DNA of 64,000 nt from Planctomycetota bacterium (lineage in GTDB: Bacteria > Planctomycetota > UBA1135 > UBA2386), in the NCBI GenBank assembly GCA_965223545.1, contig OZ245006.1, forward strand, positions 3,392,001-3,456,000. Reading direction: 5' to 3'. Shown piece by piece: positions 1 to 9,900 of this stretch (within the stretch, counting starts at the first letter, position 1; the number at the start of each line of letters is the position of its first letter). A program made the translations under genes and the position numbers. Under the pieces are notes generated by a model that was given only the letters and a program-made list of their open reading frames with translations, did not search any database and was not told the DNA's origin.

Positions 1-1260
1 CCCGACGGCAGTCGTCCGATCAAGCGATTCGGAACGACGACGCCCCAACTAGAGGCGCTCGCGGACTGGCTGGAGGAGCTCGGAGTGCGATCCGTCGCGA
101 TGGAGAGCACCTATGTCTACTGGATTCCCGTCTACGAGCTACTCGAGTCGAGAGGCTTCGAGGTCATCCTCGCGAATGCCCGCGAGGTGAAGAACGTGCC
201 GGGCCGCTCCAAGTCCGATGCCAGCGATTGCAGTTGGCTGCAGAAGCTACACACCTATGGCCTCATTCGCGCTTCGTTCCGGCCTCCGAAGGACATCTGT
301 GCGTTGCGGACCCTGCAACGCCATGCCGCGTCTTTGATCGCGCAGCGCACGCGCCACACGCAGTTGATGCAGCGGTCACTGGATCAGATGAACGTGGCGA
401 TCCATCGCGCGGTAACGGACATCACCGGCAAGACCGGCCTCGCGATCATCCGCGCGATTCTCGCTGGTGAACGCGACCCTCGAGCGCTCGCCAGACTGCG
501 TGATCCGCGCTGCAAGATCTCCGAGAAGGAGCTCGCGGATCACTTGCAAGGGACCTGGATCGAGGAGCACATCTTCACTCTCGCTTCGGGCTTGCGGATG
601 CTCGAGCACACCGACCACGAGATCGAGTCGGTCGAGAAGCGATTGATGGCGATGATCGAGGACCTGCAACCGGAGGAAGCCAAGACGGCCGACGTCCCCG
701 AGCATCCAGACCCCCGCAAGGAGAGGAGCATCCGAACGAAGGGCGGCCGGGAGCTTCGCGATGCCCTCTGCCGGCTCGTCGGGTGTGATCTCACGCGAAT
801 CGACGGTATCAGCCCGAGCACGGCCATGATCGTGCTCACCGAGGTCGGCTACGACCTCGATGCTTTCCCGACCGAGAAGCACTTCGTCTCCTGGCTACGC
901 CTGTGCCCACGTCAAGCCGTCTCGGGTGGAAAGCGCATCAAGAAGCACCGCAACAACATCGCGGTCAGCAGGATCGCCACGGTCCTCCGGATGGCCGCCC
1001 TGTCCCTCCAACGTACTCAGACAGCTCTCGGCGCACACTTCCGCAAGATCGCCCGCGCGAAGGACGGCAACGTCGCCATCTTTGCCATCGCCCGCAAACT
1101 GGCCCTGCTCATCTACCGCATGCTGAAGTTCGGCCAGGACTACGTAGACGAAGGCGCCAAGGCCTACGAGGAGCGCTTCACCCAGCGACGCATCGTCGGA
1201 CTCCGACAGAACGCTAAATCCCTCGGGTACAAGCTCATACCGATCGTCGAGGCTGGGTGA
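1..1260 (+). CDS. IS110-family (DEDD) transposase/recombinase, 5'-truncated by window edge
   Basis: Frame open from base 1 (PDGSRPIKRFGTTTPQLEALADWL...). RuvC-like motifs VAMEST and SKSDASD; C-terminal IS116/IS110/IS902-type motifs TRIDGIS, WLRLCP..SGG, AIFAIARKLA. Confidence 0.95.
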   Translation, partial: PDGSRPIKRFGTTTPQLEALADWLEELGVRSVAMESTYVYWIPVYELLESRGFEVILANAREVKNVPGRSKSDASDCSWLQKLHTYGLIRASFRPPKDICALRTLQRHAASLIAQRTRHTQLMQRSLDQMNVAIHRAVTDITGKTGLAIIRAILAGERDPRALARLRDPRCKISEKELADHLQGTWIEEHIFTLASGLRMLEHTDHEIESVEKRLMAMIEDLQPEEAKTADVPEHPDPRKERSIRTKGGRELRDALCRLVGCDLTRIDGISPSTAMIVLTEVGYDLDAFPTEKHFVSWLRLCPRQAVSGGKRIKKHRNNIAVSRIATVLRMAALSLQRTQTALGAHFRKIARAKDGNVAIFAIARKLALLIYRMLKFGQDYVDEGAKAYEERFTQRRIVGLRQNAKSLGYKLIPIVEAG

Positions 1261-1272
1261 GTTTCAGGTCAG
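1..1272 (+). mobile_element. IS110-family insertion sequence, right part (left end outside window)
   Basis: Transposase followed by about 12 nt (GTTTCAGGTCAG), then a half copy of a host repeat (GCTCCGTAC); boundary is inferred. Confidence 0.75.
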
Positions 1273-1281
1273 GCTCCGTAC

Positions 1282-2466
1282 TCACCAGGAGCGTGCTGCC
1301 AGCAGCTCGATCAGGCGGCCGATGCGCGTGCGCGTTGCCTCGTCCACGAGGGGGCGCGCCGCGTAGGTCTGCAGCGCGGTGACGTGGCGCCGGTCGCCGT
1401 AGGTGGCGATGCGCTCCAGACACTCTTCGACGATGTGCGGACTGGCGCGCGTCTCGAGCAAGCCGACGAAACCATCGGCCGCGGCGGCATAGGCTTCCTT
1501 GCCGACCCCGTGGCCGAGACCCCAGCGGGCGCGCTCGGAGACGTTGGGATCCGCGGCGGCAAGAGCGTCGACGAGCACACCGACAACTGCCGGCGACTTG
1601 TCTCGCAAGGTGCTCAGACCGAAGTAGATCGCGTCGTGCCGAGTTTCGGGTGCCGCGCTCAAGGCGAGCAGACGCTGCTCGACGCGGGGTCCGACCCGCG
1701 CACCCCAGAGTCCCGACAGTGACCCTTCGCGCACGCTCTCGTCGGCGTCGTCGAGCAGCGAGAACACGACGTCATCGATGGCACCATCCAGCGCACCGTC
1801 GTGGAACATCATCAGGATGTGACTCATCGACTTGCGCACCTCGGCGGCCGGGTCACGGGCGAGCGCCACCAACCGTGCGCCGTCTTCGGGCCGCACTTCG
1901 GTGTTCATCAAGGCATACAGCGCTGCGGCGCGCACCTCCGCGTCGCCGTGCTCCAGCAGTGGCCGCACCAACGGGCGCATGGCAGCCTTGTCGTAGTCGA
2001 GCTTGCGCAGTCCCGCGAGCGCGCGCAGCGCGGCCTGCATCGCCACCGGGTCGTCGCCGCCCAACGCGCGCCGGATCGCCTCGAGGGCCGCTTGCCGTGC
2101 GGCGGGGTCCGCGGTTTGCAGCGCGGCCTCGCGCCACTCCCGGATGAGCTCGGCGCGCCGCCGCATGCGCGCGCACTCCGCCTCGCGCTGCGCTGCGGCA
2201 GCCGAGGACTCCTGCGCGCCGGCAACGGTCTTCGTCCGATCCGGTACTGCCCGGGCCTGCTCCAGCTGCACGCGCAGCTGCGCCACCTCGGCTTGCAGCT
2301 GTTCGAACGCCGCGCGTTCTGCGGGCTCCTGTTGAATCGGGGGCGCACTCACCCGGGACGCGGTGCGCCGCCCGATCTCGAAAGCGGCGACGCTGCACAC
2401 CGCGACTGCGGCGAGCCACGCCCAGCGCGCCGCACCGGACTCTCGCCCTGTTGTCATTACATGCAT
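1282..2466 (-). CDS. Membrane-anchored HEAT-repeat protein
   Basis: N-terminal TM (WAWLAAVAVCSVAAF), coiled coil, repeated L..D....VR..A motifs; ATG overlaps upstream TGA (TGATG). Confidence 0.75.
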   Translation of the reverse strand: MHVMTTGRESGAARWAWLAAVAVCSVAAFEIGRRTASRVSAPPIQQEPAERAAFEQLQAEVAQLRVQLEQARAVPDRTKTVAGAQESSAAAAQREAECARMRRRAELIREWREAALQTADPAARQAALEAIRRALGGDDPVAMQAALRALAGLRKLDYDKAAMRPLVRPLLEHGDAEVRAAALYALMNTEVRPEDGARLVALARDPAAEVRKSMSHILMMFHDGALDGAIDDVVFSLLDDADESVREGSLSGLWGARVGPRVEQRLLALSAAPETRHDAIYFGLSTLRDKSPAVVGVLVDALAAADPNVSERARWGLGHGVGKEAYAAAADGFVGLLETRASPHIVEECLERIATYGDRRHVTALQTYAARPLVDEATRTRIGRLIELLAARSW

Positions 2467-3809
2467 CACGATTTGCGTAAGTGCGACAGCGCGCGCTCCA
2501 GGATCGGATCGCGCTTCTCGAGCTCGGCGGGGTCGACCTCGACCGACACATCGGGCGCGATGCCGACCCCTTCGAAGCAAGTGCCGTCAGGCAACAGCGC
2601 CTGCCAAGACGGCACATTGAGGACGACGTCGTTGGACAACCGGTGCGGCTTGGGGTTGCCGCTGCTGCCGAAGGTCCGTTGGCCGATCACCGTGCAGCCC
2701 TCCACCTGCTTCATCATCAAGACGAACGCCTCGTTGCTGCTCATCACGTAGCGGCTCACCAACAGCGCGACCGGGATCCGGAGACGCCGGGCATCGGTGT
2801 TGCCGCTAATGCTCCGCTCGCGCACCGGGCCGAAGCCGTCCGGCCCCTTGGCGATGCGGTAGCGGTTCTTGGCGTAGACCCGCGCACCCTCGACGAACCA
2901 CGCGGCAACCTGCCGCGCGATCCCCTCGTCGCCGCCGGAGTTGGCACGCACGTCCAACACCAGCGCGCGCGAACCGCTCTCCGCGATCTGCGCCAACAGC
3001 TCGAACAAGAGCTGCTGGTTCAGGGAGCGCGACCAACTGCCGATCATCAGATAGGCGATGTCGTCCTCGGTGCGCCCAACGGCCAAACCGCGCGCCGGCT
3101 CGCGCAACCGCACGAGATAGCGCTGCAATCCCGACGGCCGCACCAGAGGATCGACGGCGCGGCTAGCGGTACCGACCTGGGCTCCACCGACGCTCAGAGT
3201 CAGGTGCAAGTCCTGCGCCTCGGCCAGCAGGGCGGCCACCGCGCGCACCCAGCCCTGATCGGTACGCGCGCCGTGAATCGCCGCGCGGTGCTCGCCAAAC
3301 CGGTCCCCCCAAGCCACGTCGAGGCGGTCGTAGTACGAATACGCTGACTCGAGCACCGCCTGCACTTCGTCCAGGGCCCGTGCGTTGCGCTGTTCTTGCT
3401 CGGCGGGCGGCCGCAGCTCTGCCGGCAGCGTCGCGAACTGCCAAGGTGCCGGACGGAGCGCGACTCCCTTGCCGCTGCGAAAGTTGGTCGCCGCTGGACA
3501 GTTCAAGGACAGGCGATAGCTGCGTCCCGGCTCCAACGTCACCGGTAGAACGCAGGTCTTGGAGTCCTTCCAATACGGGCGCTTGCCGTCGGTCACCGGC
3601 GGGAACGCCGGGCCGCCGCCGCAGAACGAGAAGCCGCCGGTGCTCATCGGCCGGTCGAAGACCACGATCAGCTCGGCCACCCCAGCCGCGTCGACCTCGA
3701 CGTCGCCGTCCGCGGGCGTCCGCTGGACGATGGTCGGTGGTTCTTGGGCCACACCGAGTGCCGTCGTGAGCAGAGCCATTGCCCACGGCCGAAACGGTTT
3801 CCGCGTCAT
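2466..3809 (-). CDS. S41-family peptidase with N-terminal Ig-like domain
   Basis: Signal peptide; LVLDVRANSGG, SSNEAF, IGQRTFGSSG, EGVGIAPDV motifs; AGGAGG RBS before ATG 3809. Confidence 0.88.
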   Translation of the reverse strand: MTRKPFRPWAMALLTTALGVAQEPPTIVQRTPADGDVEVDAAGVAELIVVFDRPMSTGGFSFCGGGPAFPPVTDGKRPYWKDSKTCVLPVTLEPGRSYRLSLNCPAATNFRSGKGVALRPAPWQFATLPAELRPPAEQEQRNARALDEVQAVLESAYSYYDRLDVAWGDRFGEHRAAIHGARTDQGWVRAVAALLAEAQDLHLTLSVGGAQVGTASRAVDPLVRPSGLQRYLVRLREPARGLAVGRTEDDIAYLMIGSWSRSLNQQLLFELLAQIAESGSRALVLDVRANSGGDEGIARQVAAWFVEGARVYAKNRYRIAKGPDGFGPVRERSISGNTDARRLRIPVALLVSRYVMSSNEAFVLMMKQVEGCTVIGQRTFGSSGNPKPHRLSNDVVLNVPSWQALLPDGTCFEGVGIAPDVSVEVDPAELEKRDPILERALSHLRKS

Positions 3810-3855
3810 GCCTGCCTCCTGAGTTGCGGCCATTGTATCGTGCGCGGCCTTCGCC

Positions 3856-5352
3856 ATGCGCAACCCGATCTTCGACCCCGGTCGGTGGCTTCCGCTGCTG
3901 TTCACCCTCGGCCTCGCCGCGTGCGAGCGCGAGGACACGCCCACCGCGGCGACGGACGCCGGCGGCCGGCCACCCAACGTCCTGTTCCTCTTTGCCGACG
4001 ATCAGCGCCCCGACACGATCGCGGCGTTCGGCAACGAGCACATCCGCACGCCGAACCTGGATCAACTCGCCGCACGCGGCCATCGCTTCGCCAACAACTA
4101 CTGCATGGGCTCGATCCACGGCGCGGTCTGCCAGCCGAGCCGCGCGATGATCCTCACCGGTCGCACGCTCTACCGCGTGCCCATGGACTTGGCCGGGATG
4201 ACAACACTTCCTCAGCTGCTGGGCGAGCGGGGCTATGCGACCTTCGGCACCGGCAAGTGGCACAACGGCGCCGACGCGTTCACCAAGAGCTTCCAGCAGG
4301 GGCGCGCCGTGATGCTCGGCGGCATGTCCGACCACACCGCGGTGCCGATCCGCGACATGACCGACGACGGGGGACTGACGCCGGTTCGCACCGGCGACAA
4401 GTTCTCCAGCGAGCTGTTCGCCGACGCCGCCATCCAGTTCTTGCGCGAGCACGACGAAGCGGAGCCGTTCTTCTGCTATGTGGCGTTCACCGCACCACAC
4501 GACCCGCGGCAGCCGCCACAGCCCTACCGCGACGATTACTACGAAGCGCGACCGCCGCTGCCGGCCAACTACATGCCGCAGCACCCGTTCGACAACGGCT
4601 GGATGGTCGGTCGCGACGAGTACCTCGCGGCTTGGCCGCGCACCGAGGAAGTCGTGCGCGACCAGCTGGCGGAGTACTACGGCTTGATCACCCACCTCGA
4701 CGCACAGGTCGGCCGCATCCTGGCGGCGCTCGAGGCGCGCGGGCTGACCGACAACACCATCGTGGTCTACACCGCCGATCACGGCTTGGCCGTGGGCAGC
4801 CACGGACTCATGGGCAAACAGAACGTGTACGAGCACTCGATGGGTTGCCCGCTGCTGATCGCGGGTCCCGACATCCCGGCTGGCGAGAGCGCTGCGCTGA
4901 CCTATCTCTACGACCTCTTTCCGACGCTTTGCGGACTCACCGACACCACGCCGCCGGCGGGGGTCGAGGGACGGGACCTGGCGCCGCTGTGGCGCGGCGA
5001 GCGAGAGAGCGTGCGCGACTCGCTGTTCTTGACCTACGAGAACTCGATGCGCGCTGTGCGCGACGCGCGCTACAAGCTCATCCGCTACCCGCGCGTCGAC
5101 CACCGGCAGCTGTTCGACCTGCAAGAAGACCCCGACGAGCGCCACGACATCGCCGCCGCGCCCGAGCACGCTGAACGCGTCGCCCGCATGACGGAGCTGA
5201 TGCGCGACTGGCAGCGCCGCACCGATGACCCCCACCCACTCGAGGTCGACGAGCCCGAGCCGATGGAAATCGACCTCACCGGCCGCGCGCGCAAACCGGA
5301 CCGCTGGCAACCGCAGTGGATCATCGACAAGTACTTCGGAGAACAGCGATGA
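3856..5352 (+). CDS. Formylglycine-dependent sulfatase (choline-sulfatase-like), probable lipoprotein
   Basis: PNVLFLFADDQ, CQPSRA (CxPxR), GKWH, TADHG, GKQN; LAAC lipobox. Confidence 0.93.
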   Translation: MRNPIFDPGRWLPLLFTLGLAACEREDTPTAATDAGGRPPNVLFLFADDQRPDTIAAFGNEHIRTPNLDQLAARGHRFANNYCMGSIHGAVCQPSRAMILTGRTLYRVPMDLAGMTTLPQLLGERGYATFGTGKWHNGADAFTKSFQQGRAVMLGGMSDHTAVPIRDMTDDGGLTPVRTGDKFSSELFADAAIQFLREHDEAEPFFCYVAFTAPHDPRQPPQPYRDDYYEARPPLPANYMPQHPFDNGWMVGRDEYLAAWPRTEEVVRDQLAEYYGLITHLDAQVGRILAALEARGLTDNTIVVYTADHGLAVGSHGLMGKQNVYEHSMGCPLLIAGPDIPAGESAALTYLYDLFPTLCGLTDTTPPAGVEGRDLAPLWRGERESVRDSLFLTYENSMRAVRDARYKLIRYPRVDHRQLFDLQEDPDERHDIAAAPEHAERVARMTELMRDWQRRTDDPHPLEVDEPEPMEIDLTGRARKPDRWQPQWIIDKYFGEQR

Positions 5353-5885
5353 GCGACGAGAAGAACGCCAGCCCGCTGAAGTGGGTCGGCGGCTTGGTGG
5401 TCGCCGTACTCGCGGCGCTCGGCTACATCAAGCTCGACGAGAGCGAGCCGGCGACACCGGACGCAAGTCCAGCGATCCACGCGCCGGAGGCGAGCACGAC
5501 CCCGACGCCGGACGCCACCGTGCACACTCCGGCACCCGCCGCAGAAACCGCTGCCGAGCCCGCCGCTGACTCCGCTAGCGAACGGCGCACTGCGGTGGTG
5601 ATGGGCCCCAAGGGCCGCACCGACCTCGCACCGACACTCGAGCGCATCGAGAAGGGGATCGAGCACCCCCACCGCAACGACGGCAGCGTGTTCCAGAACC
5701 GCGAGCGGCGCTTGCCGCGCAAGCCGTCGGGCTACTACCGCGAGTACGTGCACCCCACGCCGGGGGAGCGCGGGCCAGGCGCCCAGCGCGTCGTGATCGG
5801 CAAGGACGACGAGGTCTACTACACCGCCGATCACTACAAGACCTTTCGCCGCGTGAAGTGGGACTTCCGCTGGGAGGAGCGATGA
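5349..5885 (+). CDS. Barnase/RNase Sa-like guanyl-specific ribonuclease with N-terminal membrane anchor
   Basis: FQNRERRLP, YYREY, RVVIG, YYTADHYKTF; TM plus Pro/Ala/Thr linker; ATGA overlap with sulfatase. Confidence 0.88.
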   Translation: MSDEKNASPLKWVGGLVVAVLAALGYIKLDESEPATPDASPAIHAPEASTTPTPDATVHTPAPAAETAAEPAADSASERRTAVVMGPKGRTDLAPTLERIEKGIEHPHRNDGSVFQNRERRLPRKPSGYYREYVHPTPGERGPGAQRVVIGKDDEVYYTADHYKTFRRVKWDFRWEER

Positions 5886-6301
5886 CCGCCGACGACCCCC
5901 TCGCACCGTTTCGATTCGACGACGAAGCCACGCTGCTCGCCGCCGACGACTACGCCCACGTGGCGCGCATTCCCGCAGGCCTGCGCCGCAAGCGCGAGCT
6001 GATGGCGGCGCTGGCGGCCAGCCTCGCCCTGCCGCGCTACTTCGGCAGCAACTGGGATGCGCTGTCCGACTGCCTCCGCGACCTGTCCTGGCTGCCGGCG
6101 GGCAAGGTGCTGCTGCTGCACGGTGACGTGCCCCCCAAGCGCGGCGCGCACCGCGAGACCTACCTCGACATCCTGCGGGAGGCACAGCAGAGCTGGGCCG
6201 AGGACGACGTGGGCAGGCTGGTGGCGGCGTTTCCCGCGGCGGCACGGAGCGAGGTCGAGCGCCGGCTGGGCGACGTCGCCGCCGACGATGCGGACGAATA
6301 A
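5882..6301 (+). CDS. Barstar-family RNase inhibitor
   Basis: [22 protein letters not shown] signature; ATGA overlap with RNase. Confidence 0.92.
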   Translation: MTADDPLAPFRFDDEATLLAADDYAHVARIPAGLRRKRELMAALAASLALPRYFGSNWDALSDCLRDLSWLPAGKVLLLHGDVPPKRGAHRETYLDILREAQQSWAEDDVGRLVAAFPAAARSEVERRLGDVAADDADE

Positions 6302-6368
6302 GGGACCCACCGCGAAGGCTGCCCGTAGAACGATCGGTAGCGCACCAACGCCCGTGCGGAGACCAACC

Positions 6369-6917
6369 ATGGCAACGACCCGACTCACGCTCTCCTGCGT
6401 CGTCCTGCTCCTGGCCGGGACCGGCTGCACCGACACCACGGTCGTCGACAGCATCCCCGGCCCGCCGGCCGCCGCGCATCCGACTTCGGCGCCCACCGCG
6501 GCGGCGACCACGCCGCAGGTCGAGAAGGTCGTCAAGACCGAGGCCGAGTGGCGCGCCCAGCTGACCCCGGAGCAGTACCACGTCACTCGCGAGAAGGGCA
6601 CCGAGCGCGCCTTCACCGGCGAGTACTGGAACCACAAGGGAGACGGCGAGTACCGCTGCATCGGCTGCGACCTGCCGCTGTTCGACTCGGAAACCAAGTT
6701 CGACTCGCGCACCGGCTGGCCGAGCTTCTATCAACCTCTGCGCGCCGAAGCCGTCGCGACAGAGCGCGACACGACGTTCGGCATGGTCCGCGTCGAGGTT
6801 CTTTGCGCGCGCTGCGACGCCCACCTCGGCCACGTCTTCGACGACGGGCCGCGGCCCACAGGCATGCGCTACTGCATCAACAGCGCCGCGCTGCGGTTCG
6901 CGCCGGACGTGCAGTAG
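6369..6917 (+). CDS. msrB: Peptide-methionine (R)-S-oxide reductase, probably exported/lipoprotein
   Basis: [42 protein letters not shown]-terminal signal ending GTGC. Confidence 0.95.
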   Translation: MATTRLTLSCVVLLLAGTGCTDTTVVDSIPGPPAAAHPTSAPTAAATTPQVEKVVKTEAEWRAQLTPEQYHVTREKGTERAFTGEYWNHKGDGEYRCIGCDLPLFDSETKFDSRTGWPSFYQPLRAEAVATERDTTFGMVRVEVLCARCDAHLGHVFDDGPRPTGMRYCINSAALRFAPDVQ

Positions 6918-6942
6918 CGGCGGCGACACGTTGACGGGCGGA

Positions 6943-9900
6943 TCACTCGACGCCAACAGCGAACGGCGCCGCACTCGGCAGCGCCAGCAAGTCCAGAGTC
7001 CCGGCGCGGAACAAGCGAACGTGCCACGCGTAGTCGCCCAACGGCGCGGTCTCCGGTAGGAAGAGGCCGAAGGCAACACCGCGCAGCGCGACGGGTGTCC
7101 AGTTGGCGACGAAGGGCACCGGGGACAGCGACAGGCCCCCGCCCGCCTGCAGGTAAGCCAGAGTGCCGTCCGGCAGCTCGAGCATGACCCACGCGTCGAG
7201 CGGCGGGGGCGCCACACCGGGGGCGACGTCCAACGTCAGCGTGTGTAGCCGACCCGCAGTGAGCGTGGCCGCGTTGACCTCCGCCGCGGCGTGGAGCGCG
7301 TTGGGCCTTGACTGCGCGTTCGCCGGATCGCCACCGGCCACGACCTCGGTGCGGTCACCGTAGCCGTCCTCGTCGCGATCGACGCCGATACGCAGGCCAC
7401 CGCCTCGGGGCACGACCGTGTAGGTGAGCGGCTCGCTGGCTGAAGCCGTCGCCCGCAGAGCGGCTGGGCTCACCGTTTCGCCATCGACGTCACCCACGAA
7501 CACGCCGAACAGGCGGTCGAAGAACCAGCCGCGCGGTACCCCGCCGACGACCCCCTTGACCACGACATCGGTCCGGCCGGGGCGCTGGCCGGCGAGCGCC
7601 AGCATCGCCGCGACGGCGTCCGCTTGGCCGAACGCCGGCACTGCCGCGCCATCGCTGACCGTGACCTGCTTGCCGACCGCCGCGTGCGTGTCCTGACTGG
7701 GCGGCCCCGGCGGATTGGCGGTGTTCTCCGGGTTGGGATTGACGTCCTCACCAAAGCCGGTGAACGCGAGCACCAGGGCGACGAAGTCGGCCACTGCCTG
7801 GTCGGAGCCAAAGTCGAAGATGCGCGCCATCGCCCGGCGGACGACGGTGTCCTCGCGCCCGTCGTTCATGTAGCCGAAGCCGGTCTTGCTTTGCTGGCTG
7901 GTGAAGTCGGTGCCGATCTTCTCGTAGAGATTGCGCCAGCTCTGCCCCTTGTTGCCGCGGTGGATCGTCGTGTCATCCGGCCGCAGCGCGAGGTGTGACT
8001 CGCCGTTGGGCCCCTTGGGAATCGTCACGTAGCGCCGGCCGTTCCAGCGCATGTGCGTGGTCATTCCGGTGGGCAGCGTGTGGCACTGCACGCACCGCGT
8101 CGCTCCGGGCGCGGTCTGGGTGAACAGCCGAAAGCCGCGCTCGGCGTTGCCGTTGGGCAGCGGCGCCCCGGCGGGCAGCGCGTAGCGACCGGTGGAGACG
8201 ATGCCATCGAGCGGCAGGTCCGTCGGCAAACTGTTGTCGAAGCTGCGGAACGGGTTGGGCGGATAGGCGACGGTCGCCAAGAAGTCCTCGAACTCCTGCA
8301 TCTCCGCCGCCTGCAGCGGACCGTCGTCACCCTGCAGACTCTGGTAAGCGCCAGCAAACCCCTCGATGCCGTCCTTGTCGCCGCGGTGATGGAACGGCTC
8401 GAGTCCGATGATGTCCTGCAGCGTCTGCGTCGTCATCGGCCCCTTCATCGGGTGCCAGTCCTGATAGCCGGGCAAGAAGCCGGTGGCGTAGAGGTTGTGT
8501 GCGTTGGGGCCCGGCTTCGGCACGTGCTGCGGCGCGGTGACGTTGGTCCCCAGCACGGCCTGCATGGCCCCCTGCGGGTCGCCGAGGTCCCAGGCCAGCG
8601 CGTCTTCGCGCGCATCGATGTGGCACGACGCACACGATGCTTGCCCCAACCCCGACGTCGCATGCGTGTCGTACAGGTGGCGGCGGCCGACGCGGATCGC
8701 GGCCGGCGTGGGATCGAACATCGGCACGGTCGCCAACAGGGTCTCCGGCGCCGCCAGGCCGACGACCGAGATCGTGGCCGCGAAACGATCGAGCACGTAG
8801 AGCTGCTGCCGTCCCTCGTCGATCGCGACACCCACCGGCCCCTCGCCGACCTCGACGCGGCCGAGCCGATTGCCGGCGGGGTCGACGACGATCACGTTGT
8901 TCGAGCCCATGCCCGTGACGTAGCCGCGCGTGCCGGCTCCGTTCCAGACGATGCCGCGCGGATCGCCGATCGAGCGATCGCGCTCGCTCTGCGCGACGTT
9001 GGGGGTCGAGTAGTCCAGGTGCCCGGCGTTGAGATCGACGACCGTCGCGCCGGCCGGATCGGCTGGATCGAAGACGCCGAGCTGCACGCGCACGAAGGTG
9101 CCGTTGATGTTGGGCTCGAAGCGAATCTCGTTGGTCGCATCCGTGCCGACCACGGTCACCGCGCCACTCGCCGGGTTGACGGCAATGGCCATGACCGCGT
9201 TCATCAGGCCAGTGGCAAAACCGCGCACTGCCAGCGTGCCGGCATCGATCACCGCGACGTCGCGATCGGGCATGTCCCAGCCGACGACGCGCAGGCTCGC
9301 GTTGGCACGCTCGCCGCTGATCCACCGCGTCCAGTCACCGCCGTTGTCGTCGAGCCACTGCCCACTCGCGTTCTTCCGGACGATCAACCCGACGGGCGGC
9401 GCGGGGTTGGCGCCGCCGGGCAAGTACTCGCTCTTGATCGGCGGCACGAATGAGCCGACTGCCGGCGGCGCCAACGTCGGGCCGCCCGTGTTGGGTGGCG
9501 GGTTGGTGCCGCCGTATGGTCCCTCGGTGAACACCGGCGCTCCGGTCAGCGGCCCGGCCGCGTTGCCGCCGGCGACGTTGGGGATGAGGTTGCGCCGATC
9601 ACCACCACCGACCAGCGTGGTCGCGTTGCTGGAGCGAAACACAGCGGCATAGACCTCGCTGCCGTCCGCGCTCACCGCGAGCGCACGCGGCTCTTCGACC
9701 GGCAGATCGACGGTCGCCACCAATGCCCTTGTCGCCGGGTCGAACACCAGCACCTGGTTGGCCTGCGAGCACGCGACGAATGCCCGTTGCGGCGTGCCCG
9801 CGAACACGACGTCGTACGGCTCGTCGGCGGTGTGCAGCGTGGCGACCACGCGCGCGACACCGGTGTCGACGACGCTGATCGAGTCCGAAACGTGGTTGAC

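Noticed and set aside
3163..5310. Long antisense/alternate-frame ORFs (e.g. 3163..5310, 5085..7217, 17888..19933, 53263..55533, 56228..59080)
   Set aside because: Typical stop-poor shadow frames of high-GC DNA overlapping well-supported genes; no motifs
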